64,000 nucleotides of DNA, from the NCBI RefSeq assembly GCF_037042905.1, contig NC_087245.1, positions 10,294,001 to 10,358,000 of the forward strand. The letters run 5' to 3'. Position numbers and translations under genes: made by a program. This DNA comes from Lytechinus pictus (lineage: Eukaryota). The notes under the pieces are model-generated. The model saw only the letters and a list, made by a program, of their open reading frames with translations, did not search any database and was not told the DNA's origin. Shown in pieces: positions 27,262 through 39,951 of the stretch (the stretch's first letter is position 1; each line of letters opens with the position of its first letter).

Positions 27262-27412
27262 TGGTGGCGTATCCATGGGTGGGAGCCCTGCTCTTGGAGG
27301 AAAAATATGACAATTGTATCATTTTTCGGGCCCACCCTCTGTCTCCAAGGGGGGGGGGGGCTGAAAGGAGTGATGGGGCCCGCACCCTTGGACAATCCTG
27401 GATCCGCCGGTG
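27262..27412. mobile_element. Degenerate GGCGGATCC-family poly-G MITE
   Basis: GGTGGCGTATCC ... CTGGATCCGCCGGTG termini with an internal G-tract. No clear TSD. Confidence 0.5.
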
Positions 27413-28727
27413 CTTGAGAAACTTTCTCTTCTTTTCTCTCTATATATCTCTCATTTTACTCCTTCTTTCCCTTCCGCTTCTTTTCACACCTTCCCTCTAT
27501 CTTTCTATCGCCATGATCGCGTTTCCCCTTACATGCCTTATGTTTATTTCTTCTCTTCATTTTCTTATGCTTTGTCTAGCGTGTTAATGAGACGAGGTCT
27601 GGGGCGGCGGAGTGTTAAATGTAATCTTCGTTTGAAAAATCAGCCACTATGGTGCATTAATGTATTCAGACAACATGAAAATCGAAGGGGAGGTGAGGGT
27701 TGTCCTTTCGTTCTAGGGACATTGATGTCATCTTGTGTCACATTTCCACATTCTTTTATTGATTAATCAGTTTAATGACGCGCCATGTTGAATTCGTACA
27801 CAGTCATCTTGTTCTTTCCTATCTCTCGTTATATTCTGTTCGAGCATGATGCATGAACGTTAAAAACAGTTGCCATTAATCTGAGCGGGTGGGGTGGGGG
27901 GGGGATACCATGCTTGATGACATCCACAAAACAATGTCTTAGTTTACCCATTTTTACTTAAATTCTTTTTTTTTTTTTGGGGGGGGGGGTCTTGGGTCCC
28001 TATCAACGCCATCTGTACTAATTGACTCATTTTTTTTTGTTTTTCATCAATTTTATTTATGTCCTTTTTTACATTCCCCCAGCTGTATCAATTTGTTGAA
28101 AATAATGAAAGGTGTAATTTTTGCATATCTATTAATAAATATTAATCTATTATTCTTCTGCTTATTACATGATATTTACAAAATGATCATTATGTGTAGA
28201 TAATTTCGACTATCTGTTTGTTGTATCTGTTAAGAGCCATCTCACTTACCCCGAAAATGTTAAAAATGAAATTAAATGATTATTCTGACTCCATGACGCT
28301 TGAGTTATCTCTCTATAGCCGAAGAAACCAAACACACACGCACACATTCCCCCACACGCACATAGCCCACACACTCACGCACATAGCAAAATGTAATTGA
28401 ATACCAAAATTTTGCATGTTTCAGGGCAGGCAGTGTGATAAGCAATTCGATAGACAAAGAGAAATGCCCGAAATACGTCTGCCCCTTAGAAATGCCTTTC
28501 ACTACTGTTAAAAAAAAAAAAAAAAATCAAATTTCCATCAAACCATGATCTATTTTACAGATAAGACCCCGAGTAGTCCTATTTTTACGGGCCAAGGGCC
28601 AATAGGTTAAAGATGATTTGAGCCGTGCGATTTGGTAGCAGAGACCAAGACCTAATTTATTGAAAATATGTTTCTCTTGCCCCATGTCTTCTTGTGTCCA
28701 TATCTATAGATTTAGTAGTAGGCAAAC

Positions 28728-28980
28728 TTGAAGGTCAAGACTACCCCAGCCAAGAGTTAAGTTAAATGAATGGAGAAAAATCAAACAAGAAAAACACTGG
28801 AAATTTCTCTGATCGATATTGGATGTAACATGAGAAAGTTATGTCATTTTCAATTTCGTTTATTTTCACGAAACAATGTAGGCGTACATATGTACATCAT
28901 GGGCTTGTAACTAATGTTGCTGTTTCACACTGCAGTTTTTTAAAATAACTTTCTTGCTATATTTTTACATAGAATAACTG
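28728..28980 (+). mobile_element. Fragment of an abundant TTAAAGG-starting (Kolobok-like) repeat
   Basis: TTGAAGGTCAAGACTACCCCAG..GAGAAAAATCAAAC..GAAAGTTATGTCATTTT resembles a common TTAA-flanked repeat as I recall it. Weaker related pieces occur near 44800-45150 and 59700-59830. Confidence 0.4.
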
Positions 28981-31900
28981 TCGGCTAATCATTATAATAG
29001 AGACTTGGAAGGTGCAAGACATACACATGTAAACAAACTTGTAACACAAGCAAATGACTCAACATAATAACAAAGTATTTAGTATTTTTTTTCCAAAGAC
29101 TACATGAAATTCCAGGAAATGTATTTTTCATTTTTCTGAGAAAAAAATGCTGAAAAAGGGTGAATTCTGGTGTAATGAAAAGACAGTAAAAGAAAGAAAT
29201 AAATAAATTTATCATTCCAGGTGAATTAAGCTTATTTTATTATAACAATTGTAAGGCCAACTGTTGCAAGGTTGGTGTACTGATTCAGTTATATCGATTA
29301 GCCGACATGAACTGACAACATAATGATTATTAATGTATACCATCTCTCCTTCAAATCATTTTTTTCTCTTTCTCTCCTCTCCTCTGCGCTCTCTGTCTGT
29401 TTGTCTTTCTCTGCTTTCTCTCTCCCTCTCTCTAATTATTTTTTGTATACCTGAGACGTATTTCGAGGATTTCATCAATATTCGTCTCAAACATTTTAAA
29501 GAAACGATCATTTTCTGTATCATTACAACATAATAAAAACAACTACTTGATTGTAATATCACTGGAACAATGGTTTATCGAGTATCATTGTATATAGTTT
29601 AAGAATTGTTAAGAATAGTTTACATGGTTTAGGAATATTATTATTTTAAAACGATTGATATCAATATGACAATAAACTGGTAAGTATAATAGTAGTTCGT
29701 ATTGATGATGCTCAGTATACTACATAATTATATCAACAACCATCACTCATTATCTTTATAAGTTACCAGATAGTCTCAAATAAAATGAATTTGCAAAGCA
29801 ATGTCTATCCATTAACAAAAGTAGAAAAACATACACATGCCAATGCAACTTTGAAATTGCACCGTGCATGCATATTTAAAATAGGAATGAAAGATTCCCT
29901 ACTTTCATTTTTTTTGTATTCCAATCTGATTAATTACCTGTTCCAAATATGCCAATTTGGAACATTGGACGTAATATATTGATAGCAGTCTGTTCTCTGT
30001 ACAATACCGCTAATTGATATGGTCAAAATCACTATGCAGACATCGAAGAATAAATTGATAATTGGTAGGGGATGACCATGGTATATTTCATTAAAATGAT
30101 AATGCAAAAAAAAAAGAATGCAAGTACCATAGAGATTATTTCTATGGCAGGTACAGATGGGTGGTTTTTCTTTACAATATTTACCACTTTTTTGTGTATT
30201 TTGCATAATTTTGACTCTACACGCCAGTTACTATATTTGTTCTCTATATTTCTAGCTGTGTTTCATTGTCATCTCTATTGCTGTTTAATATTTCTAATAT
30301 CTCACTATCTGACCATTGACTACATGAAGCTATTTCTTGTTATTGTTGTTTCTATATTTTTCTTTGACTATTTTACTTTCAGTATTACAAAATATAACTC
30401 GAATGTATATGTTGAATGTATAAATAATGAAATCGGGAAAATGATATACACTTTGCATGCTCAACCCACATTCTGTCATACATCTTAGCACAAAGTCATG
30501 CAACACACGATAAATCCACCAGTCGAAACGAATCTGATAAAATCTACCACAGAAGTGATGACATGTATTAAAATATGTAAAGAAAAATCCTTAAAGAACG
30601 AAAAATAATTCTTAGACAGTGATAAAACTAGAGTGCCCGTACACATCAGTGGAAAATGTAAACTGGTAAAACCGAGCCCCGACGAACCAAGGGTGCATTG
30701 TGTGTTATTTGGGGCAAGGCCGCCCCTATTCTGTGGTATTTAGGGAACACAATAGGGGCGAATTTAGGGTAGGGGATGGAAAGGCAAAGAAAAGAATAGA
30801 AAATATTAAGATGTTAAACGTTATCGGATACTCGACAATGCTCGAGAGTATTCTAGCACTACAATAAAGCCCATTCATGTTTCTTTCCTTTTCTCTATTT
30901 TTCTCACCCAATCGCCTTCCCCTCTCGCCATTGCGCTCTCTTCTCTCTCCGTATCTGCTTCTCTCTTTTTTTCTTCTGAAAATATTACCCAGTAATTTCT
31001 CTCAACCCATCTCTTTGATATTGCAAACTGGTGGGTGTTTCCTATATACAAGTTGCGCATGACATGTGACCTGTTCTCGGGTACCAAATTAAATTCAAAA
31101 TCATTGTTATTACCGTCAGTTAAAGTTGAACTTGAAATCCAGCATTTGTAAACAAAAATCCTGTCGTTAACAAGAACTTGAATGAAATTACTATAATTTG
31201 TCGAAATTTGATTTGGGTTACACAAAATTGATTTTCATGTGTTACAATCAACTTCAGTTACAACATGGAAAATCGAGGTTTCATATTCAGCAAAAGACTG
31301 AGCCATCATCCCTAGAAGGACGTATTAACTTGTAAAACACCATCCGGTTTGAAAGACTGAATTAATTTCATAATAACATTAGAACCAGCTCATAAATCAC
31401 AATAAATGCTCTTTTACAAAATAAAAGTATGATGTTTATCTATAGTCTTAAGTCTAGTCGTATCATTCATCCAAGTCTACCGTTATACACAGTCCAGTAG
31501 AAATGAATAAATAGGACGCTCATGAATATGAAAATTAAATATGAATCAGAAATATTGAAGAACGAATAATTACTGAGACGTGGATAGCTAAATAAGCTCT
31601 CTGCCCAGCCGTTATATATACATTAATCACTTGTTAAATTGTTGTACTTTGACCCGAATTGCGAGTAAAATAGGGTCATAATGTTTGGTAATTTAATGAA
31701 AAAAACTGTTTGATTTCCATTCCCCCCCTAGTTTAAAGTCCAAAATAAAATATTAAAAGAACATTGGAATCTCATGCACAGATTGATTTTATTTTAAGAG
31801 GTTTTTTTTGTTAGAAATGAAAAACATTGAAAGTTAACCAAAATTATAGAGCTTCAAGTCTTTCGTCAAGCCTAATGTGATTTTTTTCTACGAAGCAATG

Positions 31901-32635
31901 GCTTAGCGGCACTAAATAAACCTAATCCTAGTAAACTAATAACAAACATATTTATTGATATGCACAATGAGACTAATTAATTAAGAAATTGGTAATCATT
32001 TTCATGGTCTCGTTCTTGATGTTTCTTAACATGATAATTTGTCGATTTTAACACCGCTACGATTTCTATTTACATAAAATTTCACATCGGAACATAATAA
32101 CGTTTGGATCGACATTATTCATCTGATTAATGGCCTTACTTTTATTCCTTATTCCTTTTCAAACGAAAATTAATGACATGCTGGGGTGTAAACCCATATT
32201 GCATGGATATTTAATAACCAGAAAGGACTAATCGGTCGGTAAGCCTCAAAGGAACCATTAACCTGATTTGGAGTGAACGGTAAGTCAAAATGACTCGGTT
32301 AATCAGAATAACCGTAATTAACTCTTCTATAATTCAAAGCTCGCCGCCACGTGCAACTGTAATGACAGGTTTTTAGATTGTCGCAATTTAAATGACAATA
32401 ACGCCACATTCAGGAGGCAAAACACTTTGTGTTATCCTGTACATAGCTCCCTTAATAAGTCCAGTTATCACCCCTTGATATAAAGTGATTATGACAAATA
32501 TTCATGTTCTCCGACTGAACTAAATTTGATTGAAAGTATACTAGTTTTCTAAATATAAATTTCTATCAATAAAGATAATTAAAAGCAATACAGGAAAAGA
32601 GGTGAGCAAGAAACGAAACTGTAAGAAGGTTTATA

Positions 32636-33938
32636 CAGTGGCGTACCGTGGGTCACGGCATTGGGGGGGCACCAGCAATTTTTTTTAGTCACTCAATACC
32701 CAGGTATACGAGCGCGAAGCGCAAGCTGAAAATTGTTTGTTGTTCAGACCCAAAAAATTGACAAATTACACACATTTTGTAATCATGATACGTACCTGTC
32801 TCACTAAGCAAACAATGTGAGCGCGAAGCGCGAGCTGATTTTTTTGGTATATATTGACCCCAAACAGGGACATTTTAAAGACATTTTTAAGGAATTCACG
32901 AAGAGCATACATATCTCACCATAGTCATCTAATGCGAGCGCCAAGCGCGTGTTGATTTTTTGGAATTCCATCGAAACACATGAAGTACTTTTTGTGGTCA
33001 TTGTAATCATGAACATGATACGTATCTCACTATTCAAATATCGCGCGTGCGAAGCGCGAGCTAAAAAATATTGGATATTCAGGCCTGAAAAGGGGCATCT
33101 TGTTTGTAAACTGGGTGTTGTGGTGTGCGCCTGTAATCCAAGCTATGTGGGGAAGTTACAAATTGTTGCAGAGGTTCGAGCCCTGGTCACGTCTTTCGGA
33201 TGGTGACGTTAAAGGTCGGTCCCAGACGTAAATAATCATATCTGATTGATGCACGTCTGACAAAACTAAAAAACACACACTCTTGTTTATAGGAATTCAT
33301 TGAGACCATATAGGCCTACGTATTTCACTAACAAAATAATGCGAAGGCGAACTGCTCGCTAAAAAATGATATTCAGACTAGAAAAAGAGACATTTCAAGA
33401 ACTGTTTTTTTAGGAATTCGTGAAGAGCAGACATATCTCATCAATTCACTAATGCGAACGTAAGCACGGACTGGAAATATTTTATTTTCAGACAATAAAA
33501 GGGGGCAATCATTTCAAGTAGTTATAAAAAAGAAGCCTATGTAACTACATAAAATAAGAAAAGCTCGAAGTGCGAGGAAATATATTTGGTATACATTGAC
33601 TTGAAGATGGGATGTTTTAGTACGATTTAATTCCATTGAACAAGATTTATCTCATTAAACAGAGAATGTGAGCACCAGAAATGATGAAAACATATAGGCC
33701 CTAAGTAAATTATGTTTCATAAAGTTATGAAAAATATTTCTTATGTAATATAATATATATGGTATAATATATAACATAATATAGTATGATGTAATATACA
33801 ATAATTTCTTTCCCCCCCACTACGTTTCTCGTTCTTTCACCCCTCTTTTTCTCAATTTCGCCCCGGTTTTTTCTCCAGCCGATGGGGGGGGGGGGGGCTA
33901 TACCCCCGTGTCCCCCCTCCCCCGTAGTTACACCACTG
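32636..33938. mobile_element. Non-autonomous hAT-like DNA transposon (1.3 kb) with internal ~110-120-bp repeats
   Basis: TIR CAGTGGCGTA / TACACCACTG. 8-bp TSD GGTTTATA (32628-32635) / GGTGTATA (33939-33946). GAGCGCGAAGCGCGAGCTG-like units recur at about 32709, 32817, 32934, 33042, 33341, 33454 and 33562. Confidence 0.85.
33106..33280 (+). mobile_element. SINE with 7SL RNA (SRP Alu-domain)-like head and Deu/Nin-like core
   Basis: Perfect TSD TCTTGTTT (33098-33105, 33281-33288). Head CTGGGTGTTGTGGTGTGCGCCTGTAATCCAAGCTA, B-box GGTTCGAGCC, core GTCTTTCGGATGGTGACGTTAAAGGTCGGTCCC, 3' hairpin CAGACGT..ACGTCTG, and tail AAAACTAAAAAACACACAC. Confidence 0.8.
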
Positions 33939-34124
33939 GGTGTATATGATAAATCACAGAGAAGGGGCGTAAAGGTGTACCCTACCATGTTTACTATAGA
34001 TCAGTTACTGGCTGAGGTTTGACAGGCATTCCCATGAACGGGTCTTCAATATAGGAAATGCTTCCAAAACCCCTCTCGCTTCAATTACCTTCTGTCCTAT
34101 AGAAGATGCTCCTCTAATGGGATC

Positions 34125-34138
34125 GTTGTCATGGTAAC
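34125..34138. promoter_or_regulatory. RFX X-box-like motif
   Basis: GTTGTCATGGTAAC. Confidence 0.4.
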
Positions 34139-37100
34139 GCACATTATCAAGATGACGTTGTATCATGCGATAACACTGGAACTGCATCATGACAATCTAT
34201 CTTCTTTTTGTAGTTTGTGTCGAATGACAAAGTGACTTGCTTTATCAGTTAAAGTTAGAAGAATCATTCAAGGTAGATTCGTTGATACTATAATGCATTT
34301 GTAAAGTCAATGGTTAAACTTCAACAATATTAGAAGGATATGAGATCTCAGGAGGGTTTCATAAATCTGACAGTTACCAAGGGAAATGTGCACCAAAAAT
34401 AATTGATTAAGAATATAGCATATCTGAACTATCCAATGCTAACTGCCGATCCTGGTTAATCCAAATTCTGTTGAAAAAAAAAATGGTTTTGACATTTTAC
34501 CATCGGCAATTTTCAAACTTCTTACAATTCATAATCATTACTAAAATCATACTTACCAATAAGTTGTAAGAAATTATTCTTCATTTTGACAACGAGAATT
34601 ACGATGTATACAACATGCATGCTTTTAAACCTGTATGCACAGTATCATTTATTTCGGATGATATAAACATTTCATTTTACAACTCATTTGATATGCAAGA
34701 AGAGCAAGGAGAGGGTTTGCTTGGAGTATCAACCGGTTATTGGAAAATGAAATGAATATGGATGTAGACATCTCGTCTGCTAAAAGATATTCTTTGTATT
34801 GGGCCGAAAAGGTCTTGACAGTCTTATATATGGGATTTCATTTTAATCGAGATCTTGTCTGGCTCCAAACTCATCGATTTTTTAAAAGTTACATCTTTAT
34901 TTACGTTCAGAATATTCTAAGAGATTACTTATAAATGCATTTACATTAATAATTCCATTTGATTAAGATATTCAATTTAAGGAACTAGTTCATAAGATAA
35001 TATTGTTGTGAAATTATGGAAACAAGTCTCCAGCAAATTAGTCTTACAAGTTTATGAAATCGCGTTGCTTTCTTTGTTGTTGCTTTAGGGGCGCTTAGAA
35101 GTACAATACGGTACATTCCAAGGGACCAACTCCATATATTATACGTTAAATTTCCCATATCAGTCACAGTTCTCTTATCACTTATTTCACATTGAAAAGT
35201 AGGCCTGCTTATAAGCACCCCTTTCAAATTAACGACGTGTGAAGGGGGGGGGGCGCAATTTTTAAATTAAATATTTGGGTAAATTAAAACTTATTTGTTT
35301 AAATTAGATTATTTTTGTATTATGTTATTTTCATGAATTTCCTTGAAAGCTTAAACGATTTTGTCCTTTTTACCAGTAGATAAGAATAATGACAAAAATC
35401 CTAAACACCGATAAATAGGGGGTCATTGCGGAACAATCATTATCTTGAATGTCGAACTGGGACAAAATATTCAAAAAACATGTTTTGGGCTCACTCGCTT
35501 CTCTCGTTCCCTATTTTCAGAAGTACATTGTAACCAATAACTCACCCCTTGTATAACATGTATGACGTTTTGTTCCACTAATCACACAGCTGATTTAAAT
35601 CATTATGGAGAAGATGAACAGTAAAGCATATTGTTTGGGGATGACATTATAATGTACACTCCTAAGCCCATTGTAATGTTTCCAAACCTTGTTTGTATTT
35701 TAATGTAATTAAAATTTTCATACTCGATGACGTTTCCCTCTGTTGTGATGAGGAAATGAACCATGTCTAATTGCCTTAGTAGATTCTGAATAACGCATGA
35801 GTGAAAAATTCCCCAACTTGCGAAAATCAATTTCAGGATTCCACTTGTATTGGTACATTATTTCGAATCACATTCGCCCTAATACAAGATGCACCCATGC
35901 AATAATCTTCCTATCTGGCAATGTTCATCATTATGCACGCCTTCAGATGCAAGGCTCACGGCGAGACGCGTGTACAAAAACAAACGTTATCCTTTCGCTT
36001 GGCTGGCACCGTCCCGTGCAATTTGCCATGCTAGTCACGAGAAATTTCAAAATGAAATTGCTTTCCTATTATTAAATGTCTAAATTTATCTGCTAGGGGT
36101 ATCCTTCCGTTGAGTTGATATAAAGACGTGGCACTGTGTCACTCTGAAGCGATGTCCCGAGTAAATAGAATCAATGGTGACTCATCGTCCAATTCGTTTC
36201 TGGTTTTCATGGTTTTAGAAAGCAGAGGGAAGTATTTTCCATGTTGCCATTAGCATAAAGCTGAAATCATAATTATGTAAGAACAAGATTATGAGAAATT
36301 GTTAGGAAATCATAATACTCTTTCAAACAAATAATATCACTGTGTGATGAAACCAAGGACTGGCAATGAAAGTAGCATGATAGAATGGGAATATAATATT
36401 GTTGTCCTTCAGTGGAAATCCATGCTTCAGTTTTATTTCTGTAATATTATTCAATATCATTAAAAAATTGCTATCATATCATCCATATTTTCACGATTAC
36501 AATTATTTTATGCTCGTTTTTGTTTTGGTTTTTATGTTATCATTATCATCGTCATCACGATTTTCCGTTATCATAATGATTGTATAAATCGTTATAATGA
36601 TTAACAATACATTCCTGTTTTAAGAATGTAAAATCTGGAGACCTATATTATCTTACAAAATAAATTTTCTTGTTGCCAAAGAATCACATATTACATCATA
36701 TTAAGAATTTGTACTCGGGGCCATTCAACGAACTTCAACCTTTCCTACAACTTAGTGCATTTTTGAGGGAAAATCGTCACCCCTTGATTCGAATTCATTT
36801 GCTTAAAATGATGCAAAAGTTGTCAATCTAAAAAAAATTACGCCGGTATCATATTACTTTACCAAACTAATCAATTGATTACATTGATGACTTTGATACA
36901 TAAGAAGAAACATGAACGGATTTCGATCATCTTTACTCAAATGTTTTTTTTATCGGGGAAACATAACCAGTTCAATACATGGTATATTTACGATGCAAGA
37001 TTCACAACGTCACGAGACTCTATCGCATTCTGTAGATTGTTTTCCTCTTGAAATAAGGTCTTATCATAATATGGAATCAAGAAGATGGCTGATAAGAGCA

Positions 37101-37980
37101 GCTCGGAATTTCAAGATAAATTGACTCCCGGTGAAAAACGTCCAAGTTCACGAACTCTTTCCAATCAAACATGCGCACTCATGTGCGTATAGTGGGGACC
37201 AGGCAGCGAGCCCACTTTACATGGCTGGCAGTTGTCGACAAAACGCGTGATAAAAGACTGCAAATCGTCAGTAAATAATAAGAAGCCCCCCCCCATCAGT
37301 ATCGTATCAGAAATATGAGTTCAATCAAATGGCAAGAAAATGGTCAGCACTAATAACATTTATCAAGACTGGAGTGTGCATGACATAGGACGCATTTATG
37401 TTTGAGGCCCACAAGTGTTGGCTTATTGCTGGTGTGGGTAAAAATTAGTCATTGAGGAAATGCTCCCCTGGAGTAAACTTTAGGTGTGTTTTTTTTTACA
37501 TAATGGGGGGGGGGGGAGAGCCCCTCACCCATCCGCTATGTCCGGTGTGTAATATTCGGCTCACTATGCGATATTTCTAATTATCGATAGCATGAACGAA
37601 GGTAACAATAAATTTGTACAAATGCATAATTGACCAAAAATTTAATGAAAAAAATATTTACAGATTGAAACATATTATGAATTATGATGGAAACTTAAGA
37701 TAATTTTCATACTTCCAAAGACAGGGATTAAACATAAATGATTTTCATTTGATAGAGACAATTTATAAAACTATTCCAGTCAGCCGGAAACGAAATATGA
37801 AAATATATTTAAAAAAGGCTTCTCTTAGGGAAGAAATATCGTTTATATCTGGGAATCTTTTTAATCAATAGATGAGTTAGTATCTAAAAATGTTTATGCA
37901 AATTTTAGGAAATGTAACTTCGCAATACCTGATGTTTTCGAAAGGTTAAAAACAAATAAAATTTTTCCTATGAAAAGATC

Positions 37981-38878
37981 GAACACGGTGTAGATTTAAA
38001 GGATGAAGGAAAAAAGGAACGTTTAATCAATCATTTTGTAATCTTTGTAAAAATTTTAATCTTCAAAGGGAGGGAAAAGGGCGCACTCTTAACCATGGAT
38101 GAAATTAAAAGGAAATTTAAAGAAGAATGGGAAGAAAAAAGGCTGGCGTTGGATAGAGGCAAGATGTCTCTACATATAAGGAAATGGGAAAATCTAAATT
38201 AAAGGAATATATAGGGAGAGAGAGGCAGAGGTACACTCTTAAAAATGTTGGGCAACATACGGTCCACACAACAATTGGTTAAAACTTTATCCAATTCTGG
38301 GTAGTTTTACACCAATAATGTGTGCTTTGGGTGAAAACTACACATTATTGGTGTAAAACTACCCAGAATTGGATAAAGTTTTAACCAATTGTTGTGTGGA
38401 CCGTATGTTGCCCAACATTTTTAAGAGTGTATATATAGAGCGAGAGACAAAACCACAAAACAAAACAAAAATCAATCAAATAAAAACACATACTTTTTTC
38501 TAAAAAAAAAAATTTGCAGAAAAAGCATGAATACAATACGGGGAATTGATGTCCCTTCCATGTAGAGTAGGCATAAAGGGGAGGGTGCTCTATACCTGGG
38601 GAGGGGGGGGGGGTGAGGTAGAACATCTCTGTTTTATTCATTGTTTTTTTTTCTCTCCTGTCATTTAATACATCTTGTTAATATTTCATTTTGTAATTGT
38701 TGAAACGCACAATTGTCAGTATCAATTTCCGGTATCTTTCAAGTTTGAATATTTTGTATAATTATATGGGATATGGATTTATTGTATAATTTATAATCAT
38801 GTTTCAAATGATTTGTACAAATTGTTCATGAAATGTGTATTTGGATTTGAGAGAATACAATAAAAACATCCTAAAAAA
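37981..38878 (+). mobile_element. L1/Tx1-type LINE 3' end (ORF2 C-terminus plus probable 3' UTR)
   Basis: 37981-38202 reads EHGVDLKDEGKKERLINHFVIFVKILIFKGREKGALLTMDEIKRKFKEEWEEKRLALDRGKMSLHIRKWENLN*, matching the LINH..L..K..I.K.R...E...A..R.K...H..KW terminus. AATAAA and an A-rich end lie near 38860-38878. Confidence 0.75.
38234..38429. mobile_element. Perfect hairpin MITE, CACTA/EnSpm-like (CAC..GTG termini, TA TSD)
   Basis: 38232-38323 is the exact reverse complement of 38340-38431 (92 bp including TA), with a 16-nt spacer. Termini CACTCTTAAAAA / TTTTTAAGAGTG. Confidence 0.93.
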
Positions 38879-39951
38879 GGTAAGTATTTTATTTCATGAA
38901 ATTTTATTTCCAATATTTTTAACATACTATTTCAACAATGATCAAAATTTTAGAGTTAAATTTCTACATAAGTTACCAAATTAGAGTTAAGTTACTACAT
39001 GGCACATCAAGAAGGAACCATATGTCATTCACGTGTATGATTCAAGAAAAAAAATATTGCCATGAACGGCCAACCATAATATTACTGAGATTAAATAACG
39101 CGTTTCCGGTTGGTCAATCTAGTCTGAATCACGTGATTAAATTAATAGGCCTACCAATAATTCCCAGACTCCAATAACAAACTTCGGAGACAGATCAGGA
39201 TGCCGGTCAATTCAAATATTGAAAATATGCTTTGTTTAGTCAGATTGTAAAAGAGAAATAATATAAAAAGGATTCATATTAATTGATAACGATTTTATGG
39301 TCGTGATGGTAGGTCTACTGTTAATTTACATTGAGATTAGATGTGTCCGGTACCTAACTGTATGTATTCCCATGATTCCCGGGTGATATTTATGGTGTCT
39401 GGCGATTGATGCCGTATAATTGTCTATGATTCATCGGATCGTATATTGAATGAAAACAATTTTTCTCTCTTACACTTGTAATTCTGTCCGCTGGAAATGT
39501 AATGGGTTTGTTTTAATCAGCCTAATTAACTATCGACCGTATTAAATCAATAATAGCGACCCGTTCGTGATGTGAAGTAGAAAATGAAGTCATCATGGGC
39601 TGGTTCCTAGGGTTCTCGGATTGTGGCCAAAGATCAAAATTATGATGACCTAATAGAGGATGAAATCATGTAGACACAATTTTTAAAGACATTTTCATTA
39701 TCATGCCATTTGCTACGACATCAAATCAATGATTTACGTTTATTTATTTTCCTTATGATGATAATAATATTTATAATAATAAAATAATACAAAATAATAA
39801 ATGATGATAATAATAAATAATGATGATTATAATGACAATACACGTAATAAGTAAGATATTCAAAATTGTGATAGAGCTTATAACATTGTATTAAAATACA
39901 ACATTGTATTAAATACGGTGTTATAAGAGCTGCGTACTATTACCCAGTGTA

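Noticed and set aside
30072..30488. 138-aa hydrophobic membrane protein ORF
   Set aside because: The hydrophobicity reflects T-rich sequence. No family motif or exon signals.
33106..33280. Human Alu contamination or a genuine 7SL gene
   Set aside because: Similarity is limited to the 5' part. There is no Alu dimer or SRP S domain, and the element is embedded with a TSD in native repeat sequence.
32700..33680. CRISPR-like array
   Set aside because: The spacers are homologous to each other, the repeats are degenerate, the context is eukaryotic, there are no cas genes, and the array lies within TIRs and a TSD.
38232..38431. pre-miRNA gene
   Set aside because: The stem is too long and perfect, and it has transposon-type termini with a TA duplication.
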